Made by a program: the position numbers and the translations under genes. DNA of 64,000 nucleotides from a virus (lineage: Duplodnaviria > Caudoviricetes): the IMG/VR virus record IMGVR_UViG_3300032272_000009, positions 1-64,000 of that record. One strand, written 5' to 3'. Below, piece by piece: positions 17,525-28,184 of the stretch (the stretch's first letter is position 1; each line of letters starts with the position of its first letter). The notes under the pieces were generated by a model. That model ran no database searches. It had not been told where the DNA came from and saw only the letters and a program-made list of their open reading frames with translations.

Positions 17525-18883
17525 ATGTGGTATAGTACCAAACCAAACCAAACAGGAGATACAGAAGTGGAAGAACAAGCGGAACAAGTTGGGCAAATAG
17601 CCACTGAAGCATTATTACCAGCATCAGCCAAACAGCTAGAATCTATTGATTTTCTAGTTGAAGCTATTCTTGATAAAAAACCAGTTGTTGGTTTTATAGC
17701 TCCTGGCGGATGTGGAAAGACATTTTCACTAAAACACTTGGCCAGAGATAGCCGCCTTCGCGAAGTTGATATAACTTTCACCGCTACAACAAACAAAGCA
17801 GCAGCAGTAATGAAGAAAGAAGGTGTGAAAGGTGCCAAGACTTTGCACGCAGCTATATCAGCTCACATCTCAACAGATATGTATACACACATGAAAGAGT
17901 TGTTTGCTGCATATAAGAAAAACCCAGATGCCAACATAGAAATTGATAATGACGTGATTGATTTCTTGGAAGAGGTTAATGTCAAACAAGAGGACTTTTT
18001 TAGTTACAAAGATGAGAAAGACCTTATTGCTGAAAATGGTGTTAGCGCATTTGATGACAGGATATTCTCACACTACACCGTAGAAAGTTATAAAGGTGGT
18101 GTATGCTCTATTGATGAATCGTCAATGTTGCCAACGAAATCACAGTATCAGAAAGACACTGGGCCAGATGGCCGTCTTAAGCTAAAAACAATAGGTTTGG
18201 ATTTAGTTAAAAAGATATTTGATACAGTTATCTTAGTTGGCGATGATTCTCAGTTGCCACCAATAAATGGTGAATCGTCTTTTCAGGATATTGAGAAAAC
18301 TACACTAACTGAGAATTTCCGCTCTGATAAGGGTTTGCTAAGGCTCCTTTCATATGCAAGAGAAGGTGGAAACCTTGCCAATTTTGAACCACAAGAGGGT
18401 GAGAATGTTCAAATAGTTGCGTCTGTTGGAGATACATATTTTGATAGAGAACAACTCATTGCGAACAAGGTTACACATATTGTTTACAGAAACAAGACTC
18501 GGTTTGCAATAACAAAACAGATCAGGACCGGTTTGAGTTCTGAACCAGAAGTAGATGAGCCTATCGTTTACAAAGGTGCTAATATTGATGAACCTGATCG
18601 CTCAATCTCAAAAAATGAGACTGGGTTTTTCAATGGCATGATGGGCGAATGGGAAAATCACAGTCAGTCTGTAAGTGGTAGAAACTTTGATGAGTATGGA
18701 ACAGGATTCACATACCTTCAATATGCATATGCAATTACCGCACATACTTCTCAAGGATCATCATTTGATTACGTTGTGGTTCATCTTGATGATATACCAC
18801 ATTTTATTGATGCAGAGACTAAGAGGAAGTGGATTTACACCGCTGTATCAAGAGCTCGTAAAGGGATAGTTGTTGTTTATTGA
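17525..18883 (+). CDS. SF1B (Dda/RecD-like) DNA helicase
   Basis: APGGCGKT, IDESSM, LVGDDSQLPP and YAYAITAHTSQGS...YTAVSRAR motifs. Confidence 0.9.
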   Translation: MWYSTKPNQTGDTEVEEQAEQVGQIATEALLPASAKQLESIDFLVEAILDKKPVVGFIAPGGCGKTFSLKHLARDSRLREVDITFTATTNKAAAVMKKEGVKGAKTLHAAISAHISTDMYTHMKELFAAYKKNPDANIEIDNDVIDFLEEVNVKQEDFFSYKDEKDLIAENGVSAFDDRIFSHYTVESYKGGVCSIDESSMLPTKSQYQKDTGPDGRLKLKTIGLDLVKKIFDTVILVGDDSQLPPINGESSFQDIEKTTLTENFRSDKGLLRLLSYAREGGNLANFEPQEGENVQIVASVGDTYFDREQLIANKVTHIVYRNKTRFAITKQIRTGLSSEPEVDEPIVYKGANIDEPDRSISKNETGFFNGMMGEWENHSQSVSGRNFDEYGTGFTYLQYAYAITAHTSQGSSFDYVVVHLDDIPHFIDAETKRKWIYTAVSRARKGIVVVY

Positions 18884-18926
18884 TTGTGGGTATCATTAAT
18901 ATTTTGCTATTACAAGGGTTAGTTAA

Positions 18927-19322
18927 ATGAATGATGTATATATATCACCTGTGTTTAAACTTGCTAAAGATATAGTTGAATCTGGATGGCTTTATGGCAA
19001 TTGTTTAAATTCTATTAGTAAAGATTTTGAACCGTCTGAAAGAAATAGCATAGGTATATACAGAGAAATAAAAGACACAATTGAACCGTGGTTTTTTGGT
19101 CTATTAAAGAAAAAAGTACACCATCAAAATCCAAAAATTGGTATGATCTGGATAAACAATCAATCAAGAGGGGCTTATGAAACGACAAAGTGGGTGTTAG
19201 AAATATTTGGTAATGAACACATTGAAAAGTTAAAAGAATTCATAGAAAATACTTGTCCAGTTAAAGTTGAAATTGTGCTGGCATCACATAATGAGTCTAT
19301 TTATACACAAACAGATTATTAA
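18927..19322 (+). CDS. hypothetical protein
   Basis: ORF track. Confidence 0.6.
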   Translation: MNDVYISPVFKLAKDIVESGWLYGNCLNSISKDFEPSERNSIGIYREIKDTIEPWFFGLLKKKVHHQNPKIGMIWINNQSRGAYETTKWVLEIFGNEHIEKLKEFIENTCPVKVEIVLASHNESIYTQTDY

Positions 19323-19598
19323 ATAAGGGTTGAATAGCGTGCAAAATGTATTTACCACAAATGTAATGGTATTAAGAGAATATAGCAAATTTTTAAATGT
19401 TGCTATTGGTGACAAAGAAATAATCGTAAACAAAAACAAGGTTGTGGGTGGGTATTATGGTGAGGGTTTTAATATCGTCATTATGATGCCTGTACAATGT
19501 GCGAAGATTTTAGGGATAAAACATTAGAGGCAATTTATGCTTCATATAGTATTATTTTTATTAGCTTTATTGATAGTTATATTAATGGATAGAAAGGA

Positions 19599-19841
19599 TT
19601 GAAAATGGGCGAACCTAGTGAAGTGAATGAATTGAGCGAATTTGATAAAGATGATTTGGTGTTGCAAGAACTGAAATCACAAAATATTGAAGGGTTGACA
19701 GGTAGGGGAAGAGTTGCTGTCCGTGAACTTGCAGATCAAAACCAAGGCGCTGTTATTTTTCTAATACTTAGCATGAATTCAAGAATCCGTGAGCTTGAAT
19801 CTCAATTAAGTGGTCTTGCAAACTTGGCTGTACAACATTGA
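19599..19841 (+). CDS. hypothetical protein
   Basis: ORF track; coupled to the ligase. Confidence 0.5.
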   Translation: MKMGEPSEVNELSEFDKDDLVLQELKSQNIEGLTGRGRVAVRELADQNQGAVIFLILSMNSRIRELESQLSGLANLAVQH

Positions 19842-20905
19842 AAACTTTATATGCAGTTGACAACAAAGGTCAGACTAGAACTTGGTCTGTTGAAGAACTT
19901 GATGATGGCATACTTATTACTCACGGTGTAATGGGTGGCGCTCAGCAAGAGAAACATGAACCAATATTGGAAGGATTAGCATCTCGTTCTCTTGAAGAAC
20001 AAATTCATAGCAGAGCAGAGTCTCGCATAAACAAAAAGATTGATTCTGGGTATTGTGTTTCTTTGGTAGAGGCAATGGAAAAACCAAGAACCAATGCTTT
20101 AGGTTTCGAAAAACCTATGCTTGCTGCAAAGTTCGCTGATTGTAAAAAGATTGATTACGATAATCTTTTTATTCAGCACAAATACGATGGCAACAGAATG
20201 TTGGTCAGGAATGAAGGTGGTACAAATGTTGCTTACACTAGAAATGGTAAAGTGATAGATACTATTCCTGAAATCATCGAACATATGATTATACCTTTGG
20301 GCGTAACAATTGATGGTGAGATTTATTGTCATGGTGAAAGCCTGCAAACAATTGTTTCATGGGTGAAGCGCAGACAAGAAAACTCTCTGAAATTGCGTTA
20401 TCATGCTTATGATGTAATGGTTGATTTTAGGTATGAAACAAGATTCTCAATGCTAACACAAATGGATTTAGGAGACTTTGCTGAGGTTGTCCCTACATAT
20501 AAGTATTCGCAGGGGCAAGGAAAAACAATAAAACAACTGCTTAATGAAAGTATTGAGCTAGGTTATGAAGGTTTGATTCTGCGCCAGGATGATTGTGGGT
20601 ATGAAACTGGAAAACGCAGTAAGTCTTTAATCAAAGTCAAACACTTTTTGGACAATGAGTTTAAAATTACCGGTATGCATCTGTCAAAAGATGGACTGCC
20701 TATGATTGACTATATCACTGACGAAGGTGTGGTCGGTAAAGCTACAGCTCCGGGCACTATGCTTCAAAAGAGTGAACTTTATGATGACCGTAAAAATATG
20801 GTTGGCAAATGGGTTCATTTAGAGTATAGTCAGTTGACCAAGGATAGGGTGCCGTTTCATCCAACTGCAACGGCAATTTTGAACAGCAAAGACGAACTTA
20901 AATAG
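19838..20905 (+). CDS. ATP-dependent DNA ligase
   Basis: QHKYDGNR (motif I), TIDGEIY, YEGLILR and LIKVK. Confidence 0.92.
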   Translation: MKTLYAVDNKGQTRTWSVEELDDGILITHGVMGGAQQEKHEPILEGLASRSLEEQIHSRAESRINKKIDSGYCVSLVEAMEKPRTNALGFEKPMLAAKFADCKKIDYDNLFIQHKYDGNRMLVRNEGGTNVAYTRNGKVIDTIPEIIEHMIIPLGVTIDGEIYCHGESLQTIVSWVKRRQENSLKLRYHAYDVMVDFRYETRFSMLTQMDLGDFAEVVPTYKYSQGQGKTIKQLLNESIELGYEGLILRQDDCGYETGKRSKSLIKVKHFLDNEFKITGMHLSKDGLPMIDYITDEGVVGKATAPGTMLQKSELYDDRKNMVGKWVHLEYSQLTKDRVPFHPTATAILNSKDELK

Positions 20906-20917
20906 AGGTTAGAAATT

Positions 20918-21310
20918 ATGGCTAAGAAATTAGTAGCTCAAGATGTTCTCGATTATGAGAAAGCGGTCCAAGATTTAAAGGCTGCAAAAAAGACTGAAAT
21001 CACATTGAGAAACAAAATCATTGGTGCTTTCAAATATGATGCGACAGAAGGTGTACAACACAAGACCATTGAAGGGCTTGATATTGACATTGCAATCACT
21101 TTGGGGCTTACCCGCAAGATTGATGTGGATGCACTTGATACTCTATGGGCTGATCTGTCAGCGGAACAGAAAACAGCTATTCTGAGAAAACCTAGTCTCG
21201 ATGTTAAGGTTTTCAAAGGCTTGGTTGAAGAAGGCGATGCTGGCTACCTAACCAAGATTGTTGTTGAAACACCGTCTCAAGCTACAGTAAAACTCAAGTT
21301 TGAAGAATAG
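20918..21310 (+). CDS. conserved phage recombination-module protein
   Basis: EITLRNKII...TRKIDVDAL pattern; sits before the Sak4/SSB module. Confidence 0.6.
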   Translation: MAKKLVAQDVLDYEKAVQDLKAAKKTEITLRNKIIGAFKYDATEGVQHKTIEGLDIDIAITLGLTRKIDVDALDTLWADLSAEQKTAILRKPSLDVKVFKGLVEEGDAGYLTKIVVETPSQATVKLKFEE

Positions 21311-21346
21311 CGGTTGAATGTAAGATGATCTGAGAGGTTAAAATAA

Positions 21347-21631
21347 ATGGCTTATGTAGCTATAGACAAGGCATTAAATGTGCATCTTGGCCTACCAGAA
21401 GAGTACCCACTTGATAAAAAAGAGGCTTTCAGCCTGTATCAATTGTTTATGCATTTGTTCAATACACCGCTACCAATCAGTAGGGTGACATTGTTGTACT
21501 ATGCAGATGAGCGACCATTTTTTCATGATAACCCTAAAACGAAACAGGATAAGGTTGTCAAGGATATATTGCTCAATTTGAACAAAGAAGATCAATTCTG
21601 GGTTTTATCGTATATCGGTGGAATAGTATAA
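21347..21631 (+). CDS. hypothetical protein
   Basis: ORF track; GAGG RBS. Confidence 0.55.
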   Translation: MAYVAIDKALNVHLGLPEEYPLDKKEAFSLYQLFMHLFNTPLPISRVTLLYYADERPFFHDNPKTKQDKVVKDILLNLNKEDQFWVLSYIGGIV

Positions 21632-21641
21632 CAATGACCGG

Positions 21642-21670
21642 TTGACAACGGATACCATAACTGGTATAAT
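21642..21670 (+). promoter_or_regulatory. perfect-consensus sigma70 promoter
   Basis: TTGACA-17 nt-TATAAT directly upstream of AGGAG and the Sak4-type gene. Confidence 0.9.
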
Positions 21671-21694
21671 CAGAAATTAGGAGAAAATAAGACA

Positions 21695-22489
21695 ATGGCA
21701 ATTAAATTAACAACAACGGGTCAAAGCTCAAGATTTGTAAAAGCATTATGTTATGGCGATGCTGGTGTTGGTAAGACAGTTTTGTGTTCTACTGCACCAA
21801 ATCCAATAATCATATCAGCAGAAAGTGGTTTGCTTTCACTGTCACATCTGAACATTCCTGTTATTGAGGTTAGCACACTTGCTGACGTTCAGGAAGCATA
21901 TCAATTTATCACTGAGTCAGATGATGCGAAACAGTTTCAAACTGTATGTCTTGATTCTATTACTGAAATCGCAGAAGTAATGCTAAGTCAGTACAAGAAA
22001 GAAGATAAAGACCCTCGCAAATCTTATGGTGCATTGGCAGATCACATGTCACAGCTTGTACGTACTTTTAGAGACTTACCAGAAAAACATGTTTATTTTT
22101 CCGCCAAGATGGCCAGGATTGAAGACGAGTACTCAGGTGTTTCTACATTCCGTCCAGCTATGCCGGGTAAGACTCTGGTTAATGGTCTTCCATTTTTCTT
22201 TGATGAGGTTATGGCATTGCGTATTGGTACTGAAGAAGATGGAACAATGTTTCGCTATCTTCAGACTGAGCCTAGTGTTCAGTATACAGCAAAAGATCGC
22301 TCAGGTAAACTTGATAAAATTGAACGCCCAGACTTAACACACATGTTTGATAAGGTGCTTGGTGCAGAAAAACCTCGTTTATCTGAAAATGTCATGCAGA
22401 ACAAGAAGGCTGGTGCCGCCACTGATAAACAAGAAGCTGAACAAGATGAGGCAAAAGCTGCTGAATCTGGTGACGTGACTGATGGTTGA
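21695..22489 (+). CDS. Sak4-like AAA ATPase (single-strand annealing)
   Basis: YGDAGVGKT, CLDSITE and AKDRSGKL. Confidence 0.85.
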   Translation: MAIKLTTTGQSSRFVKALCYGDAGVGKTVLCSTAPNPIIISAESGLLSLSHLNIPVIEVSTLADVQEAYQFITESDDAKQFQTVCLDSITEIAEVMLSQYKKEDKDPRKSYGALADHMSQLVRTFRDLPEKHVYFSAKMARIEDEYSGVSTFRPAMPGKTLVNGLPFFFDEVMALRIGTEEDGTMFRYLQTEPSVQYTAKDRSGKLDKIERPDLTHMFDKVLGAEKPRLSENVMQNKKAGAATDKQEAEQDEAKAAESGDVTDG

Positions 22490-22720
22490 AATAAATGAAG
22501 GCGACATTCTTGAGTTGATAGATACTATCGGTTGGCTTTCTGATGAGTGTGATCGCATACAGAAATACCTTCCAACCGGTCAGGATTCTGAAGCAAGCAG
22601 GGCAATTGCTGTCGGCAAAGAGTTGGTAGAAAAATATTCAAAATAGTATATGGGAGCTATTCAAAATCCCTAAATTAATGAATAGTAGCGTAGCTACATA
22701 AAATGAAAAGGAAGTAAAAA

Positions 22721-23227
22721 ATGGCTAAGTTAAATTTTAATGGTGCTGGTCAGGAAGCAATGGATGATTTTTCTGTTGTTCCTGCTGATACGTACAATGT
22801 TCAGATTGTAAAATCAGAAGTTGTTGAAACCAAGGCAAAAACTGGCACTTTGCTGAAAACGCAATTCAAAGTGATTGATGGAAAATTCAAAGGTCGTATC
22901 ATCTTTGGTCAGTATAATCTGACCAATCCAAATGTGCAGGCAGTTGAAATTTCTCGCAAGCAAATGAAGACACTTTGTGACGCAATTGGCAAACCCGATG
23001 GCGTACAAGATTCTAATGAAATGCACAATATCCCACTGCAAATCAAAGTATCTGTAAAGCCTGCTGATGGCCAATATGCTGAACAGAACGAAATTAAGTT
23101 CTACAGCAAGTATGAAGGGCCAAAAGTTGAAGGTTCTGGTTCTGGCGGATCTTCTACTGATTCTGCTGCCGCAGCAAATACTGCTGCTAGTGCTGAACCA
23201 AAAACAGCTCCTTGGGCTAAAGATTAA
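22721..23227 (+). CDS. DUF669-family single-stranded DNA-binding protein
   Basis: VVPADTYNVQIVKSE...FKGRIIF...N; flexible tail ending PW. Confidence 0.85.
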   Translation: MAKLNFNGAGQEAMDDFSVVPADTYNVQIVKSEVVETKAKTGTLLKTQFKVIDGKFKGRIIFGQYNLTNPNVQAVEISRKQMKTLCDAIGKPDGVQDSNEMHNIPLQIKVSVKPADGQYAEQNEIKFYSKYEGPKVEGSGSGGSSTDSAAAANTAASAEPKTAPWAKD

Positions 23228-23249
23228 TTTGTAATTAATCTGTAACAAA

Positions 23250-23274
23250 ATACCCCTTTCGAGGGGTATCTTTT
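23250..23274 (+). terminator. intrinsic terminator
   Basis: ATACCCCT-TTCG-AGGGGTAT-CTTTT. Confidence 0.8.
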
Positions 23275-23286
23275 GAAAGGGATAAC

Positions 23287-24144
23287 ATGGCTAATTTAGA
23301 AGCGTATTTCAAAGAAAACAAATCAACAATATCTGATTTAATTGATGAAGCTGGAAAGGTAAAATCACTCCCACGTCCATATTTAGGCATGTCACAATTA
23401 GGTGAAGAATGCTGGCGCAAATTGTGGTATTATTTTAGATGGTGTACATACTCAGAATACGATGGTAGAGTACAAAGAATTTTTGATACTGGTCATAGAG
23501 CTGAAGCTGATATGATCAGAGATTTAGAAAGTATCGGTGTGAAGACTTGGGATACACTTGACGCTCAAGCAGGTTTTGTAGCTGTTGGCGGACACTGCCA
23601 AGGTCATGGCGATGGAATGGGAATCGGTATACCTGATGCCCCAAAAACAGAACATTTGTTGGAGTTCAAAACTAGTTCCGATAAGTATTTTAAAGAAGTG
23701 CAAAAGAAAGGCGTAATGGTAAGTAAACCTCTGCATTATGCACAGATGGTTTTGTACATGAAATTCACAAAAGCAACTCGTGGTTTGTACATGGTGTACA
23801 ACAAAAACACTTCTGCATATTATACTGAAAGAGTTCGTGAAGACAAAACTTATGCTAAAGACTTGCTTAGAAAAGCTGAGTCTATTATCACATCAGAAAC
23901 AGTCGAAGCTTTTCAAAAGATTGGTAATGGTACTGAATCATTTTTTATGTGTAGATTCTGTGACTCTTCTGACGTTTGTCATAATGGTGCAAAACCTGTA
24001 AAAACTTGCAGAACTTGCACAAGTGCAAACCTACTTGATGATGGTGTCTGGGGTTGCGGTTTACAAAAAGACAAACCATTAAGCACCGAAGAACAGGCTG
24101 AAGCTTGCCCGAACTATAATTTGCTAGAGTGTTTTAATGGATAG
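23287..24144 (+). CDS. Cas4-like PD-(D/E)XK exonuclease
   Basis: YLGMSQLGEEC, GHGDG, LLEFKT, AQMVLYM and CRFC..C. Confidence 0.85.
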   Translation: MANLEAYFKENKSTISDLIDEAGKVKSLPRPYLGMSQLGEECWRKLWYYFRWCTYSEYDGRVQRIFDTGHRAEADMIRDLESIGVKTWDTLDAQAGFVAVGGHCQGHGDGMGIGIPDAPKTEHLLEFKTSSDKYFKEVQKKGVMVSKPLHYAQMVLYMKFTKATRGLYMVYNKNTSAYYTERVREDKTYAKDLLRKAESIITSETVEAFQKIGNGTESFFMCRFCDSSDVCHNGAKPVKTCRTCTSANLLDDGVWGCGLQKDKPLSTEEQAEACPNYNLLECFNG

Positions 24145-25783
24145 TTTCAGTCTTGTTGAAGACAATTCTATTGAAGGCGAATTTATACCAGCTGGTTTTG
24201 AAGAACGCTGGTATCAAGAAGAAGCAACAGTCGCCACATTAGAAGCAATAAAAGACAAAAACCGCCACCCTATTGTAGCTGTTCCTACTGGTGGCGGTAA
24301 AACACACATCATAGGCAAGTTGATAAACAGGTACTTGCATCAAAACCCAACCCGTGACGTCATTGTTCTTAGTCACGTTAAAGAAATTCTTGTTCAAGAT
24401 TATGCAGCGATAAAAAAATATACTAACGCTCCAATAGGTATATATTCTGCTATGCTTAATTCTAAAACTGTAGCAAGAATAACTGTCGCTGGTATACAAT
24501 CAGTATACAAAAGGGCTTCTGAATTTGGTGATGTTGGATTGATCATAGTTGATGAATGTCACTTGGTAACAGACGACAATCAGGGGATGTACAGAACTTT
24601 CCTTGCTGAGTTTAATGCAAACATAGTTGGTTTAACTGCTACACCATTCAGGCCTCGTGGATATTTACATCTCGTAAAAGATGCATTGTTTACTGATATA
24701 TGTTACGATCTAACTTCTTCTGCTAATTTCAGAAGACTTATTGCCGAAGGTTATCTGTCTAAACTGTATTCAAAAGCTACGTACATGAAAATGGATGTTG
24801 ATGACATACCTAATCAAGCTGGTGACTTCAACAATAAGATAATGGCAAAGAAGTTCAACACTGAAGAAGTTACAGAAATAGCGCTAGAAGAAACAATCAA
24901 AATAGGTACTAACTACAAAAAGTGGTTGATTTTTGCTATATCTATTGAACACGCTGAGTCCATCAGAGACTATTTGAATGACGCTGGGTATAACACTGGC
25001 ATAGTTCATTCAAAAATGGAAAGGGATGGTGAAGACAGGGACGAAATGCTTGCTAGGTTTAAGACTCCATTTTATCGAGCTATGGTTAATGTCAATGTTC
25101 TCACAACCGGTCTTGACATACCAGAAATAGACTTGATAGTTATGTTAAGGCCAACTCAAAGCCCTGTGATATATGCTCAATCTGTAGGTAGAGGTCTGAG
25201 AGTGGTTAAAGGCAAGGATCATTGCTTAGTGTTAGACTTTGCTGGGAATGTTGCTAGGCATGGCCCTGTAGATGACATACAGATAAGACAGAAGGGCGAG
25301 AAAAAGTCAGGTGATCCGGTAACTAAACAATGTCCTTCGTGTATGGCTATATGTCATCCTATAATGCAAATCTGTGAAGCTTGCGGTCATAAATTTGAAT
25401 TCAAGGTTAAAATAGCTGACAAACCAACTGAACTTGATATATTAAAAACAACAAAGAAAAGCTGGTTAAACGTCAGTCTTATGACGATAAACAAACACAA
25501 GAAACCAAAAAGTCCCGACTCAATAAGGATTGATTATGTTTGCGGTCTCAGAAAATTTAGTCAATGGGCTGCAATACAATCTAACTCTAGGCAAGCTGTA
25601 CATTTCGCAAAGTATATACTAAACAAATTCTGCGACTTTCCAGAAGATTTTGAATATACAGTAGATAACATTCTTGAATATAGAGACAAGTTCAAGAAAC
25701 CAAAAAGAATATACGTAGATCAAACTGAGAATTACCCACAAATAGAAGAAATTGATTTTGGAGATAATAATGAAGAAGCCTGA
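24137..25783 (+). CDS. SF2 DExH helicase (RadD/YejH-like) with Zn ribbon
   Basis: PTGGGKT, DECH, TAT, QSVGRGLR and CPSC..CEAC. Confidence 0.92.
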   Translation: MDSFSLVEDNSIEGEFIPAGFEERWYQEEATVATLEAIKDKNRHPIVAVPTGGGKTHIIGKLINRYLHQNPTRDVIVLSHVKEILVQDYAAIKKYTNAPIGIYSAMLNSKTVARITVAGIQSVYKRASEFGDVGLIIVDECHLVTDDNQGMYRTFLAEFNANIVGLTATPFRPRGYLHLVKDALFTDICYDLTSSANFRRLIAEGYLSKLYSKATYMKMDVDDIPNQAGDFNNKIMAKKFNTEEVTEIALEETIKIGTNYKKWLIFAISIEHAESIRDYLNDAGYNTGIVHSKMERDGEDRDEMLARFKTPFYRAMVNVNVLTTGLDIPEIDLIVMLRPTQSPVIYAQSVGRGLRVVKGKDHCLVLDFAGNVARHGPVDDIQIRQKGEKKSGDPVTKQCPSCMAICHPIMQICEACGHKFEFKVKIADKPTELDILKTTKKSWLNVSLMTINKHKKPKSPDSIRIDYVCGLRKFSQWAAIQSNSRQAVHFAKYILNKFCDFPEDFEYTVDNILEYRDKFKKPKRIYVDQTENYPQIEEIDFGDNNEEA

Positions 25784-26300
25784 AATAATAGTAAACGCTT
25801 ATGAAATGAAAACAATACAAGATTTGTTTAAGATCGGTATGTCGCGTGAAGTTCCTATGCTTTTAAGTAAAGATCATGGCACTCACATAAATGTAGGCGC
25901 TGGAACTTATAAAACTTTACACGGTGCTGAACCTATCGATTACCCTGAGTGGGACGCTAGAAAAGATCGATTACCATATGAAGACGAATCAGTTGACGTC
26001 ATCCATTGTTATCACTTTCTTGAGCATATGGCCGACCCTGTATTAATACTTCAAGATTTTGAAAGAGTTTTGAAAGTTGGTGGCTACACAAACATTGTCG
26101 CACCTTACTACAATTCACATTTGCAGGCGAAATGTTTAGACCACAAATCAATGTTCAATGAGTCAACGTGGGATAATCTGTTCAACCAGTATTCATATGA
26201 CAATTTTTCTGGTGAATGGAAGTTAAAAGTTCACACAACTTTTATTATGGGCGTAGAAGAAAAGAACATGGCGTTACTAACCCAATTGGTGAAGGTATAA
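25752..26300 (+). CDS. class I SAM-dependent methyltransferase (small-molecule type)
   Basis: NVGAG, LPYEDESVD, HFLEH and RVLKVGG. Confidence 0.8.
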   Translation: MILEIIMKKPEIIVNAYEMKTIQDLFKIGMSREVPMLLSKDHGTHINVGAGTYKTLHGAEPIDYPEWDARKDRLPYEDESVDVIHCYHFLEHMADPVLILQDFERVLKVGGYTNIVAPYYNSHLQAKCLDHKSMFNESTWDNLFNQYSYDNFSGEWKLKVHTTFIMGVEEKNMALLTQLVKV

Positions 26301-27199
26301 TGAAAATTTTTGGAGCGGGTCTATCAGGTTTGATTGCAGGCGTTGCAAACCCTAGAGCAAAGATTTATGAAAAAGGTGATTATGGAACACAAGGTCATCA
26401 AGCACTATTGAGGTTTAGAACTAATGCCGTAAGTGATATGACTGGCATTAAGTTTAAGAAAGTAAAAGTAATCAAGGCTATTTGGAGTAATGGTGCAGAA
26501 CGACAACCTTCGCCTAGATTGGTAGCTCTGTACTCACATAAGAACACTGGTCATTTCGAAAACAGATCAATTATGGATATCAAAACTGTTGAGCGGTTTA
26601 TTGCTCCAGATAATTTTCATCAGTTATTGGTTGATGAGTGCGAAGATAGAATAACTTATGAACATGCTGTAGACAAAGATGATTTTAAGTCTGATGAGAA
26701 CATAATAAGCACTTTGCCATTGTCGTTCAATGCAAAAATGTTAGGTTATGATTTTCCTACTGAGAAAAACATGAGTAAAATTTATGTCACTAGGGTAATT
26801 GTAGATAATTGTGATATGTATACAACTGTGTACTATCCTGATGATGACATATCAGTATATCGTGCATCTATTACTGGAAAAACATTGATAATCGAATCTA
26901 AAGATGAAATTGACAATGAATATTTAGGCATTGTGTTGAAATCTATGGGTTTAGATTCTTCTATCATAGAAATCGAGATGGGCAACCATATACAGCCTAT
27001 GGGTAAATTGTCAGACGTTAATGACAGTGAGCGCAGGGTAATGATTTACAAAATGAGTCATGATCATGGTGTATTTAGTCTTGGTAGATTTGCACTACAC
27101 AAGAATATTTTGCTTGATGATGTTGCACACGATATTAGAGTAGTAAAAGCCATGATGGCTGATGATTCTTACGGAGTTTCAACAAGGGGTAGAACATGA
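26300..27199 (+). CDS. FAD/NAD-dependent oxidoreductase
   Basis: MKIFGAGLSGLIAG...IYEK Rossmann motif; C-terminal LGRFA; TAATG coupling. Confidence 0.75.
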   Translation: MKIFGAGLSGLIAGVANPRAKIYEKGDYGTQGHQALLRFRTNAVSDMTGIKFKKVKVIKAIWSNGAERQPSPRLVALYSHKNTGHFENRSIMDIKTVERFIAPDNFHQLLVDECEDRITYEHAVDKDDFKSDENIISTLPLSFNAKMLGYDFPTEKNMSKIYVTRVIVDNCDMYTTVYYPDDDISVYRASITGKTLIIESKDEIDNEYLGIVLKSMGLDSSIIEIEMGNHIQPMGKLSDVNDSERRVMIYKMSHDHGVFSLGRFALHKNILLDDVAHDIRVVKAMMADDSYGVSTRGRT

Positions 27200-27633
27200 A
27201 GTTAGTAGTTGTCGATCTTGAAAACACTATATCAGATTCAAGACATAGAATGTGGTTACTTGGTTATGGTGTGGATGACGCATCAAAAAAAGAACACTAC
27301 GATAAGTTTCAAGAAGAGTTTAAATACGATAAACTGAACATGAATGTAAAAATGTTCATTGACTCGTTGGTAAGAAAAGGGTATACTATTGTAATCCTAA
27401 CAGCCAAGCTTGAGAAATACAGGGTTATGGTTACGAATTGGCTTGTAGAAAATGATGTATTGTTTTCTTCGCTGGTTATGAAGAAAAAAGAAAACATTAG
27501 TGATTTAAAATTTAAAGAAAATTATATAATTGTAAATCAAAAATTAATCACATTTGCACTTGATGACGTAGGCAGTAATTGCGCTCTATTTGGCAAATAT
27601 AATATTCCATGTTTAAGGATCGAACAGAAATGA
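27196..27633 (+). CDS. HAD-family phosphatase (PNK-phosphatase-like)
   Basis: VVVDLENT..D..HR, LTAK and ALDD motifs. Confidence 0.7.
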   Translation: MKLVVVDLENTISDSRHRMWLLGYGVDDASKKEHYDKFQEEFKYDKLNMNVKMFIDSLVRKGYTIVILTAKLEKYRVMVTNWLVENDVLFSSLVMKKKENISDLKFKENYIIVNQKLITFALDDVGSNCALFGKYNIPCLRIEQK

Positions 27634-28184
27634 GTGACATGACAATAATAGTGACGGATACTGAAACTACCGGGTTGGTAAAGCCTATCCCTACTGATAT
27701 TCAGTTTCAACCTTTCATGACAGAAATTTATGCATGTAAGCTGGATCAGAATTTTAAATTCTTGGGAGAGTTTGGGTCTCTGGTTAGACCACCAATTCCT
27801 ATCTCTGCGGAAATAACTAAGATAACTGGTATAGATGATGCTAAGTTAATTGGCGCTCCAACTTTTGCTGAAATATATGATCCATTGTATGATTTCTTTC
27901 AAGGCGCTGATATGGTTGTTGGTCAAAACATAATGTTTGATATTAATGTTATCAATTATGAGTTGATGCGTCATGATTGGGATAAAAAGTTTTGTTATCC
28001 AAAGAGGCACGTTTGCACTATTGAGTCTTCATATCACTACCAAAACAAAAGATTAAATCTTGCAAAATTGCATGAGCTTTTGTTTGGCGAAGGGTTTGAG
28101 GATGCTCATAGAGCAAAATCTGATGTTATGGCTACCGTTAGATGTTTCATTGAGCTTGTCAAGCGTGGAGATATTGTACTATAA
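27630..28184 (+). CDS. dnaQ: DEDDh 3'-5' exonuclease (epsilon-like)
   Basis: DTETTG, GQNIMFD and AHRAKSD. Confidence 0.88.
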   Translation: MSDMTIIVTDTETTGLVKPIPTDIQFQPFMTEIYACKLDQNFKFLGEFGSLVRPPIPISAEITKITGIDDAKLIGAPTFAEIYDPLYDFFQGADMVVGQNIMFDINVINYELMRHDWDKKFCYPKRHVCTIESSYHYQNKRLNLAKLHELLFGEGFEDAHRAKSDVMATVRCFIELVKRGDIVL

